A stretch of DNA of 54,054 nt from a virus. Its lineage: Duplodnaviria > Caudoviricetes. Made by a program: the position numbers and the translations under genes. This document shows positions 27,510-37,900 of the stretch, piece after piece (position 1 is the stretch's first letter; each line of letters begins with the position of its first letter). The notes under the pieces were generated by a model. That model did no database searches. It was not told where the DNA came from and was given only the letters and a program-made list of their open reading frames with translations. The stretch is from IMG/VR virus record IMGVR_UViG_3300028091_000011, positions 1 through 54,054 of that record. The stretch is one strand, 5' to 3'.

Positions 27510-28343
27510 ATGGCAGGCATCGTTGGAACTCAAGACCTGTGGGTCGTCGGATCGCGGTTTTTCTTCAAGCCCGAAAGCACGATCTCTGATCGCATCATCG
27601 ACATTGGCACGATCAACACGGTGAATCCCGCGATTGAGCCGACCAAGGTCGATCTTCGCGACTCTGGCTCGGGCTTCTCCAAGATCATCGACTCGACCCT
27701 CACGGATGTCTCGGAGTCGTTTGAGGTCACCACGAAGAACTTCAGCCGCGACAACCTGTCGTACCTCTTCGTGTCCGCGACCCCGAAGGAACTCACCGAA
27801 GAAGCGGACACGGCTGTCCAGATGCTCCTGTCGAATGTGGCTGCAACGGCTTACCCCGTGAACACGCTCGTCAAGGTCTACAACAACACGGGAACGGGAA
27901 ACACGGGTCAGCCCGTCTACAACATCAACGCCAACCCGACGAACGCCGTGTCTGGCTTCGCCTCTGGCGCGATCTCCTTCGTCGTGCATGACGCTGCGCG
28001 TGGCATCCTGCGGGTCGCTACAAACAGCCTGTCGGGAACGGGCAGCATCACGATCACGCTTGCTACGACCGATCCCGAACCTGTGGCGAACAACCGCCGC
28101 GTGCTGACCCCGCAGATGGGTTCGCTCTCGCGCCTGACTGGTCGCGGCTACATCTACTACTCGCGCAACAACTTTGAGTACCAGACCGTTCGCGAGTTCA
28201 AGTGCCAGATCACCCCGTCGAACGCGAACTTCCAAGTCGAGGACTACTCGGACTTCACGCTGACGGCGAAGGCTCTGTATGAGCCGACCAACACCACCGC
28301 GCCGTTCGGTCGTCTCGTCGCATTCGCTGGCTCCATCGTCTGA
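27510..28343 (+). CDS. Tail tube (major tail) protein, paralog A
   Basis: Lies between the terminator and the chaperone/TMP, starts MAGIVG.QDLWVVGSR and has strong codon bias. Confidence 0.75.
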   Translation: MAGIVGTQDLWVVGSRFFFKPESTISDRIIDIGTINTVNPAIEPTKVDLRDSGSGFSKIIDSTLTDVSESFEVTTKNFSRDNLSYLFVSATPKELTEEADTAVQMLLSNVAATAYPVNTLVKVYNNTGTGNTGQPVYNINANPTNAVSGFASGAISFVVHDAARGILRVATNSLSGTGSITITLATTDPEPVANNRRVLTPQMGSLSRLTGRGYIYYSRNNFEYQTVREFKCQITPSNANFQVEDYSDFTLTAKALYEPTNTTAPFGRLVAFAGSIV

Positions 28344-28361
28344 TAGAAAGAGGACACCACA

Positions 28362-29309
28362 ATGGCAGGACTCGTTGGCAATCAAGACCTCTGGATCGTT
28401 GGCTCCCGCTTCTACTTTGAGCAGGGAACTCGCGGCTCTGGCAAGATGATCGACCTCGGAACCGTGGATGTCATCTCGCCGCAGTTGACGACCAACATCG
28501 CTGAACTGAAGGACGGCGACAAGGGCATCCTGCGCCTCCTCGACCAGTCAATCACCCAGATTGATGAGGTCTACAACATCACCATCAAGAACTTCAACCT
28601 GACCAACCTGAACACGCTGTTCCTCGGCGGCGGTTGGACGGGAAGCAGCACGGCTGTCACGGGCAGCAACACCGCGTTCGACACGCTGAAGTTGAGCCTT
28701 GAGGACATCAACAACATCGGCGGCACGATCAACACGGGACAGTCGATTACTGGCGCGGGTGGTCTCTACCTGTTCCAGTTGACTGCAAGTGGTGAGCCTG
28801 TCCGAAACTTCGTTGGTACTGGCGGAACGCTGACCATCGGCGGCATCACGCAAGTCGAGAACACCAACTGGAAGTGGTACGACAAGAGCCGTGGCATCAT
28901 CCAGATTCTCACGCTTGCCGACTCGGGTGGCGGTGACGGCGTGACCGAATACAGCCCCGACATCACCTTCTCGGGCAACCGCGCTACTGGGTTCTCCAGC
29001 GGCAGCACCATCGACCTGATCTACACCCCCAGCAGCGCAGCCTACGGGTTCAGCGCGGGTCGCATCATGTACCCGCAGACCGCCACCCTGTCGTCGCTGT
29101 CGGGAACGGGTCATGTCTACTGGACGCGAAACAACGGCGAGTACATGACCGCCCGTTCGTTCCCATGCCAGATTCAGCCCGCTGGTGCAGCCCTCTCCGC
29201 AGACGATTACTCGTCGTGGACTCTGGCTGTCACCGTTCTCGCGAACAGCACCGTGGCTGGCGAAGAGGCTGGTCGCATGGTGTACGCGACTGGTACTGGC
29301 GAAATCTGA
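28362..29309 (+). CDS. Tail tube protein, paralog B
   Basis: MAGLVG.QD.WIVGSRFYFE...DDYSSWTL. Confidence 0.75.
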   Translation: MAGLVGNQDLWIVGSRFYFEQGTRGSGKMIDLGTVDVISPQLTTNIAELKDGDKGILRLLDQSITQIDEVYNITIKNFNLTNLNTLFLGGGWTGSSTAVTGSNTAFDTLKLSLEDINNIGGTINTGQSITGAGGLYLFQLTASGEPVRNFVGTGGTLTIGGITQVENTNWKWYDKSRGIIQILTLADSGGGDGVTEYSPDITFSGNRATGFSSGSTIDLIYTPSSAAYGFSAGRIMYPQTATLSSLSGTGHVYWTRNNGEYMTARSFPCQIQPAGAALSADDYSSWTLAVTVLANSTVAGEEAGRMVYATGTGEI

Positions 29310-29327
29310 CCCTGACAGGAGGATGGC

Positions 29328-30143
29328 ATGGCAGGCATCGTCGGTTCCCAAGACCTCTGGGTCGTTGGATCAAGGGCTTACTTTCAGCGCGAGGGCGCGG
29401 CGAGTCTCGTGGAGATCGGAACGATCAACACGGTCAGCCCCGCCGTCGAGCCAGTCAAGATCGACCTCCGCGAGTACGAGACGGGTCTCGGCAAGTTGTT
29501 CGACTCGACGCTGACGGAGTTCACGGAGACCTACGAGGTCACCACCAAGAACTTCTTCCGCGACAACATCGCCAACCTGTTCCTGTCGTCTGCACCTGTG
29601 ACGCGATCCAATCCGTCAGAGAGCGTAAACGCAAATCAGGCGATCTTCAGTTTCACCTTCGACAGCAGCCGTCACGCGGCTGGTTCGTTGTTCTTGGCGG
29701 TAGACAACGGCGGAACATCACCGACCAATCAGGTTTGCTACAACATCACGAACATCGCCGCAAGCGGTGCGCTGTCTGCTCAAGTCGAGGTCGCTGACGC
29801 GACTCGCGGTCTCATTCGCCTATTGGGTGTTAGCGGTCTTACGGAGGCGCAGACATACTCCATCACGGTCAACCTTGATGCCCCAATCGGAAACAACCGT
29901 CAGGTCATTCGACCGCAGACGGCTACGCTTTCGCGGGTCACGGGCGAGATGCTGGTGTACTTTGAGCGCAACAACGGCGAGTACCAGTCCTGCCGTAACT
30001 TCAAGTGCATCATCCAGCCGTCGAACGCGAACTTCCAGATTGAGGACTACTCGGAGTTCACCTTCACCGCGAAGGCTCTCTACGAGCCGTCCAAGGCGGC
30101 GAAGTTCGGCAAGTTCATCACCTACCGTGGCAGCGTGATCTAA
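29328..30143 (+). CDS. Tail tube protein, paralog A'
   Basis: Shares PSNANFQ.EDYS.FT.TAKALYEP with paralog A. Confidence 0.75.
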   Translation: MAGIVGSQDLWVVGSRAYFQREGAASLVEIGTINTVSPAVEPVKIDLREYETGLGKLFDSTLTEFTETYEVTTKNFFRDNIANLFLSSAPVTRSNPSESVNANQAIFSFTFDSSRHAAGSLFLAVDNGGTSPTNQVCYNITNIAASGALSAQVEVADATRGLIRLLGVSGLTEAQTYSITVNLDAPIGNNRQVIRPQTATLSRVTGEMLVYFERNNGEYQSCRNFKCIIQPSNANFQIEDYSEFTFTAKALYEPSKAAKFGKFITYRGSVI

Positions 30144-30155
30144 AGGGAGCAAGTC

Positions 30156-31247
30156 ATGGCAGGACTCGTTGGCTCACAGGACTACTGGATCGTTGGCTCT
30201 CGGTTCTACTTTGAGCCGAATCTCTCTGGCACGACCACGCGCAGCGGCGAGATGATCGACCTTGGCACGGTTGACACCATCAGCCCGCAGATCGCGACCA
30301 ACATCGCGGAACTCAAGGACGCGGAGAGCGGTGTCATTCGCCTTGTGGATCAGGGACTCGTGAGCATTGACGAGACCTACTCCATCACGGTCAAGAACTT
30401 CAACTTCCGCAACCTCCAGATTCTCTTCGCTGGCAAGCCGCAGGCGGAGACGCAGGCGGCGAACATCACTCCTGCATCCATCACGCTGTCGAGCGAGGAA
30501 CTTTCGCGAACTCCGTCAGGCAACTCTGGTTCGATCATCAAGCCGACTGGCGGCTACCTCCTCGTCCAGTTGCGGGATAGCAACGGCAATCCTCTCCGCA
30601 ACTTCACCACGAGCAGCACCCTGACTGCAACAGCCAACATCGGTATTGGTGGTGCTTCTGCTGGGCTGACCAAGGACACTCATTGGACTTGGTGGGATGC
30701 GCCGAAGGGCATCATTCGCATCATCAACCTTCCTGCTGGTAGCGGTGGATATGCGGGCATGACGGTCACGGGCGGAGTCATCACCGCCTATCCGACCGCT
30801 GGGTTCACGATCACCTTCTCGGCGGCGACTGGTCTTGGCTACTCGGGCAACCGCGTGATCTACCCGCAGTCTGCAACGCTGTCCGACCTGACTGGCAACG
30901 CGCACATCTACTGGACGCGCAACAACGGGCAGGATGTCTCCGCCCGCACCTTCGCGTGCCAGATTCAGCCTGCTGGTAGTTCGCTGACCACCGACGACTA
31001 TTCGTCGTGGACGCTGACCGTGACTGCCCTCGCCACGGGATCGTCCACGGAGATCGCTGGTCGCTACACCAACATCAAGTGGAACAACACCACCACGGGC
31101 GACAATCTTGGTCTGCTGCCTAACGGCAACCCCGCGTACAACGAGAACTATGACGGCGCGGGTGGCGGTACGACAGGAACCAACTGGGACAAGAACCCGA
31201 ACGACTTTGATGTCGGCGGAACGCTTGGTGGCGGCAAGGCTGTCTAA
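30156..31247 (+). CDS. Tail tube protein, paralog B' with C-terminal extension
   Basis: Shares YWTRNNG...CQIQPAG...DDYSSWTL with paralog B. Confidence 0.75.
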   Translation: MAGLVGSQDYWIVGSRFYFEPNLSGTTTRSGEMIDLGTVDTISPQIATNIAELKDAESGVIRLVDQGLVSIDETYSITVKNFNFRNLQILFAGKPQAETQAANITPASITLSSEELSRTPSGNSGSIIKPTGGYLLVQLRDSNGNPLRNFTTSSTLTATANIGIGGASAGLTKDTHWTWWDAPKGIIRIINLPAGSGGYAGMTVTGGVITAYPTAGFTITFSAATGLGYSGNRVIYPQSATLSDLTGNAHIYWTRNNGQDVSARTFACQIQPAGSSLTTDDYSSWTLTVTALATGSSTEIAGRYTNIKWNNTTTGDNLGLLPNGNPAYNENYDGAGGGTTGTNWDKNPNDFDVGGTLGGGKAV

Positions 31248-31292
31248 AGAAGCGACAAGTATCACACTTCTCACGCAGCGTGATACAATCAG

Positions 31293-31331
31293 ACCCGTGG
31301 TGGCGCACCCGCTCCCACGGGTTCTTCTTTT
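31293..31331 (+). terminator. Intrinsic terminator after the tail tube array
   Basis: ACCCGTGG...CCACGGGT-TCTTCTTTT. Confidence 0.75.
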
Positions 31332-31340
31332 GGAGAGAAA

Positions 31341-31820
31341 ATGCCTCAAGCGCGAGATGAACTTGCCGAACTGTTCCCGGGCAAGACGATTGAGATCAAG
31401 GGCAACGGCAGGACGATCAGGGTCACCGTCTACCCGATGGCGATCAAGCACTTCCGCACCTTCAAGGATTCCGTCACCAAGGCGATGGACAAGATCGGGA
31501 AGGCTCCCGCTGGAGGAGACTGGTCGAGCGTCATCATGCCCATGATCGTCCAGATTGCAGCCGATGATCTTCTGGACATCGTGAATGAGTGCGTCGAGGG
31601 CATCGACCTCAAGCACGACCGATGCCCCAACTGGGTCTACCCCATCGTCGTCAAGGAGTGGGTCATCGAATCATTCGGGTCGGAGGACAAAATCCGCCCT
31701 TGGGTGAGCCTTCTGGAAGAACTGGCAGAGAGGGTGGGCGGTCAGAAGGTCAACATTTGGCAGACGCTTACGCAACGCTCATCCTCTGCGGCTGGAGCAA
31801 GCCAGACATCGACAGACTGA
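31341..31820 (+). CDS. Tail assembly chaperone (gpG-like)
   Basis: Size and position between the tube genes and the TMP. Confidence 0.7.
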   Translation: MPQARDELAELFPGKTIEIKGNGRTIRVTVYPMAIKHFRTFKDSVTKAMDKIGKAPAGGDWSSVIMPMIVQIAADDLLDIVNECVEGIDLKHDRCPNWVYPIVVKEWVIESFGSEDKIRPWVSLLEELAERVGGQKVNIWQTLTQRSSSAAGASQTSTD

Positions 31821-31981
31821 CGCTCAAGCAGTTCAATCTGTTCTCCGAACGCGCAGTTCTCGCAGTAAGACGCTTCCAAGCCTCGCAAGGAGAGATAATC
31901 AGGGTCGGAACGGCATCCCTGCTATCCAAGGAAGGGCAGCAGGCTTACAAGCGGCTGAATCAGGAGATACAGCGTGGCTGA
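31757..31981 (+). CDS. Tail assembly chaperone C-terminal part (gpT-like), -1 frame
   Basis: LADAYATLILCGWSKPDIDRLTLKQF overlaps gpG in the -1 frame and ends over the TMP start. Confidence 0.6.
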   Translation: MADAYATLILCGWSKPDIDRLTLKQFNLFSERAVLAVRRFQASQGEIIRVGTASLLSKEGQQAYKRLNQEIQRG

Positions 31982-34900
31982 AGGCTCTGACATCTCAATC
32001 GACATTGTTCTGAAGGAACAGGTCAAGCCTGCACTTGACGCGCTGTCGAGCGGGATTGCGGAGTTCACGAAGACGCTTTCGATCCTGACGGCGCAGGCGA
32101 AGTCCGCTGGCGATCTGATCGGCAAGGTCGGCACGCAGGCGGAGCAGGCTGGGCAGAAGGTCGCTGCCGCCACCAAGCCAACGGAGCAGTTGAAGACCAC
32201 GCTGACGGCGGAGGCGAAGGCTGCGAAGGAAGCGGCTGATGCCACCTCTCGGTTCGGTACGGCGGTTGACAAGGACTCGCCGCGCATCAGGTCGAACGCG
32301 AGGGAGATTGAGGCTCTCGTCAGTTCGTACAGCCGATTCAGGCAGGGCATCACGAATGCCGCCACGACATTGCAGAATCAGGTTCGCGGCTTGCGCGGGG
32401 CGAAGGAGGCGTTTGCCGACCTACGGTCTGGAGTCAACGACACCGTTGGTGCGCTGACCTCGTTCAAGGCTCTCGCTATCGCGGCTGTGGCAACGCTTGG
32501 CGTGTTCAAGGCGAAGTCGTTCATCGAAGGCATCGTCGGTGACGCGGCGAAACTGGACGAGACGCTCCGCAAGGCGGCTGCTGCCGTTGGTGCGCTCAAC
32601 GAGACCACCACGGAGAGGCTCCGTGAAGACCTAAAGCGGCTCTCCATTGAGGAGGGCGCGGACATCCGTGCGCTTGCGGAGGCGGCTGTCGGGGTCATTC
32701 CAGATGTGGGCGAGAAGGGAATCGCGGAGTTCCTGAAGGTCGCCCAGAGGTTCAGCGAGGTCGCTGGCGGCAATGTCGCGCAGATCGCGGACACGCTGGT
32801 ATTCATCATCAAGGGCTTCGGAGACGAGGCTGACAACTCGTCCAAGAGCATGGCGGAACTCGCTTCCACCATCTCGGACAAGTTGTTCGTGGCTGCACGA
32901 GAGGGCAACATCGCCATCGGGCAGTTGACGGGCATTGTCGGACTGGCGGCGCAGCAGGCGGAGGTGCTTGGCATCTCCTTCGATGAACTTCTGGCGGCTT
33001 TCACCGCGCTGGGCGATGTGGGCGTGAAGCCCATGCGTGCGTTCCGCGTGCTGTCTGGCGTGCTTGCTGGGGTACAGGAACCGTCCGTCAAGGTCGTGGA
33101 GGCTGTCGAGCGAGTCAACAGGGCTATCCCGACCCTGAACCTCGACTTCTCTCGGACTGGTCTTGCAGCGGACGGTCTTGCCAAGTTCCTCGGCAAGTTG
33201 ACCATCGCGCTCAAGGCGGACGAAGACCTCGCCAAAGACTTGGGCATCAACATCCGCGAGATGGGTCTGATCTTCAAGGCGACCGCCAACGAAGGCAAGG
33301 CTCTTGCGGATCAGTTGGAGAACATCCAGAACAGCGGCGGCGAGGTCAACCGTGCGGCGGACTTCATTCTGGAAGGCACGGAAGGCAAGTTGCGCCGCAT
33401 CAGCGCGGTGTTCGCGGCACTCAAGGACGACATCGCACAGGTCTTCATCCCTGCCATTGACGACTTCCTTGAGAACTTCAAGAACGGCATCGAAGGGTTC
33501 AGGAACTCGTTCGGCGGGTCGCTGTCTGCAATCAGGCAGGCGGTGAGCGAAGTTCAGCAGTCTAACCTGACCACGGATCAGAAGAAGGTCGCGCTAGCGA
33601 CCCTTGGCGACCTACAGCGCGAGGTGAACAGGGCTGGTCTGACGGTGCTTGTCGAGGCGTTGAAGGTCGCGTTCATCGCTGGCGGAAAGATTCTTGCAGA
33701 CCTGATCTTCGCCGCGTTTGCCAAGGGCGGTCTCGTCCTCAAGAACACCATCTTGGAGGCACTTGGAAAAGAAACAGCAGGGACGCGGGCTGCTCGTCTT
33801 GAGGCAACTCAATCCGTTATTCAGCGAGTCATTCCGCGCGGAGGCGTGATTCCAGAGGCGGTTCCAAACGAGTCGCAGGCTAGCGATATTGCCATAGCGA
33901 TCTCGCAAACGCTTGCGAACGCACAGGCACTATCTCGTCGCCAGCCGATACCAGCAGACGCAAGCACCCGAACGGATACCGACAATCGGATTCTGGGCTT
34001 TGCGAAGGATATTTCCGATGCCGTCAAGGAATCTGTTGGGCGATTGCCAGAGGAGGTTCGTGCGGCTCTTGGGGCAAGCGGAGCCATCGACCCCCTCACG
34101 AACGAAGTCAAGAACCTACGGCAGATCGCGTCAGAGCAGCCCGAGTTGTTCAGGGAGATTGTTGCAGCCGTCCTTCGCGGTCAGTCTGAACTTGTCAGGC
34201 AGAACAACGACACCGACATCAACAGGCGGATCGACTTCGTTCGCAGGACGGATCGCCCCGCACTTCTGGCTGAACAAACACGGTTGCGTGAGCAGAGGGA
34301 TCAGCAGGCGAATGACGGGGCTGGCGTTGGTTCGCGCAGGAATCTGGTAACAGACGCGGCGATCCAGCAGGCGGAGTTCCAAGTCGAGTCATCGTTGTTC
34401 ATCGACAACATCCGCAGCCTGAATGTGGCGTTGCGAGGTGGGTTCGGCGCGGGTGGCGGTGGCTTCGGAAGCGCAGAGTTTTACAATCAGACGGTTGGCG
34501 GTCTTGCTGGTACTGGAATCCCGACTAGGCAGTTGCCAGCGACTTTCCGCGAGGGGAATCAATCGGAGCAGGGCGTTGCTCTCGACATTCTTCAGAGATT
34601 CTCCGCCCAAGGCAATCGGTTCCCGCAACTCACCGCTGCACGCTCGTTGATTGAACAGGCTGGCATTGGCGGCTTGAGCCGTCTGGACTTTGAACAGCAA
34701 CTCCGCGAGGCGCAGGCAGAGCGTGACGCGGAAGAAGCCGTGATCCGCGAGTTCATCGACAGCGCGATTTCCCGTGCTGGGGAAACGGCGCAGGGCTTTT
34801 CGCGGGTGGTCGGTGAACTTGGCAAGGCGCAGACAGCCGATGATTTGCGAAAGGTTCTGGAGAACCTTGGCGCGGACGCTGGCGACTTCGCCCCGCTTGT

Positions 34901-37900
34901 GCAGGCGTTCATTGACATCCGATCTGAAGGCGATGATGTCGTCAAGTCGCTTGAGGAGATGGGCAAGTCGCTTGGCTTTGTCGCGACCAAGGGCGATGAC
35001 GGTCTGATCTCGCTAGTCAGGACGACCGACGAGGCTGGCAAGGCTGTTGCGGATACTCAATCGAACATTCAGGATGCGGCATCTGCGGCGATTGACGGAC
35101 TGACTGACACGGCGGAAAAGGTCGGCACGCTCCAGCAGCGCATAGCGGAGCAGGCTGGAGACTCCGCGCTGACGCTGGCGAAGCGGTTCGCGCAGGCAGA
35201 GGTGGAGCGCAGGAAGGCTATTGGTTCGGTCACCGAGGATCGAATCGCCGCCGAAATCCAAGCCGCCATCAAGGTTGCAGACGACCTCAAGAGCCAGATC
35301 GCCGCAGTTCAAGAACAGAAGACCGCTCGTGTTATTGGAGAGAAGGAAGCGGTCGAGCAGACTCGTCAACTGCGTCAACGGTTGACAGAGCAGGCACAGA
35401 TCATCTTCAAGTTTGTCCCAGATGCGAGTGCGATCTTCAAGTCCGTCGAGGACATCGGCAAGCGCATTGATGAACTCCGCGCACGCGCGTCTGCGATCAA
35501 GTTTCAACAGTCGATCCTGCCGCCGATTGCGTCACCGCAGCAGGATGCACTTCGTGTCGAGGCTAGTGATGTTGGGGCGCAACTTCAAGAGGCTGCAAAG
35601 GACTACGCGAACGCGCTGGTCACCCTTATCCGCGCCAACGACAAGGCTACGCAGGAGGAGACGGTCAATGTCTTCCGCGCTGCGGTAGACAAGAGCGCGG
35701 ACGGAGCGGAGAAACTGATTGTCGAGGTCGCCAAGCGTGCCGCGAAGTTGTATCAGGAGTCGTTGCGGACGCTGTTCAAGGACGAGGCTGGCGCGAAGCA
35801 GAGTGAAGCCATCGTCGCGGAACTCGACCGCCTTGTTTCAGCGAAGACTGATGCCACGGCGAAGGGGCTGGTGACGGAGGTCGATCAACTCAACAAGGAC
35901 ATTGCTGGCAAGATCGCGACATTGCTTGGGACGCTACAGGGCGATGTTCCTGCCGAGTTGAAGACCGCCTACGAAACGATTGTCGCGCGGTTGCGGGACA
36001 TCCAGACCGCGACAGGCGACAAGGCAAAGAGCATCATTGAGCAGTCTGGTCAGGAGATTTCTGACCTCATCAAAGTGCTGTTTGCCACGAGCGACAATCT
36101 GGCAAAGGAGTTGGCGGCTGCACAGGAGAACTTCCGAAAGAGCGAGGAAGAGTTCAAGCGCGGCAGGGAGTCGCGGTCGCAGACGGTGCGGGTTGGAGAG
36201 GTCGTCTCGCAGAGGTTGGCTGTAGGACCGGTTATCCCCGCTGGCAACCAGTCCCTCATCGACCAGAGCGCGGGAGGGATCACGGCGGCATTTGAGGCAT
36301 CGCAGCAGGCTGGTCGCGAGATCGACTTCCTGATCGACAAGATCAAGACCCTTGAGAGTCAGTTGGATGCGGTGCGTTCGCTTCAGGTCGGAGCCGAAGA
36401 CGAGCCGAAGCGTCAGGCACTCATTGCCCAGATCAACGGCATCATCTCTGGAACCGAAGTTCTCCTTCAGACCAAGTTGCAGAACGCTGGAGTGCCGTTC
36501 GTCGGAGATGACGACATCACTCGTGCTGATGCTCTGGTCAAGGCGCAGTTGGAGTTGCTCCGTGTCGAGGAACAGCGCGTTCCCGTGCTTGAACTCGTCA
36601 GGCAGGCGACCGAGGCGCAAGTGAAGGCGCAGGAGAAACTCGCCAACTCGCAGAAACTCGCCGCTGCCGCTGGTACGAATCAGTACGCGACCCTTGAGGC
36701 GGTCTACGGTGTTGCCACCTTCCAGATCGACAAGACGCGCGGCAGCATTGAGCAGCAGAGGCAGGCTCTACAGGCGTACATTGCGGAACTGGAGTCGATC
36801 CGCGTCCGCTTGCAGGACGCTCTCTCCCTGAATCCAGACCTTGCTGGCGATCTTCAGCCAGCCATTGACGAGGCGAAGCAGAAGATTGACGATGCACAGG
36901 TCGATCTGGACGCTCTTGGTCGCAAGTGGGGCGGCGCGTTCGGTGAGGGATTCAAGCAGGGTCTTGGTGCGGTCGAGACTGCCGACGAGTTCTTGGCGAA
37001 CCTTGGACGAGGTGCTGGTCAGGCTCTCCAGAGCAACCTTGGGACTGCAATCGACAGCGTGATCGACGGCACGAAGTCGCTTGGGGAGGCATTCAAGGAG
37101 TTTGTTGCCAGCACGCTGATCGACATCGGCAAACTCATCATCAAGATGCTCATTCTTCAGGCGATCCAGTCCGCGCTTGGCGGGCTTGGTCTCTTCAACG
37201 ATGGCGGTGTCGTCCCAGAGCCAGTCGAGTTGAACCGTGGAGGCATGGTTCCAGACTTGCGCCAGCCCCGCCGATGGAACGGATACAACACGGGTGGATC
37301 GGTCAGCAACGACGATCCGAAGCAGCCGAGTCGTGGAATCATGTCGAGGATCAGGGCGGCTGTGGCGCGAATCAAGCCCACGCCCTCTCCAGAGCCGCAG
37401 CCTGTGTTCGTCCGCGCCTACGCGGAGGGCGGATTCGTCGGTGCTGACCCGCTTACCAAGGCGATCCACACCATCGTCAATGTCCTTTCCCCGAGTCAAG
37501 AGGAGCCGCGTTTCTACGACACGGGCGGCTTCGTCGCTAGGAACGCGGAAGACACGCCGAGGATCGACAGGGTAATCAATACGATCAGCAGGGTGTTTGA
37601 GCCGCAGGATGTGCAGGCACTCAACACGGGCGGACGGGTGGAGAAGAGCGGTGTCGGAAAGGCGTTGAGGGCGATTGCTTCTGTGCTTCAGCCGCAGGAG
37701 CCAGAGGTGCTGGCTCTGGCTGGTGGAGGTGTCGCGTATCTGGCGGTGGGAGGATTCCCAGCGAATGCGCCTCGTCGCAAGGGCAGAGTACCCGGTCCTG
37801 ATGTGAATCGCGATGTGGTTCCCGCGATGCTCACCCCGGGTGAGTTCGTGATGAAGCGTTCGGCTGTGAGCAACTACGGTCTGGGCGTGATGTACGCCAT

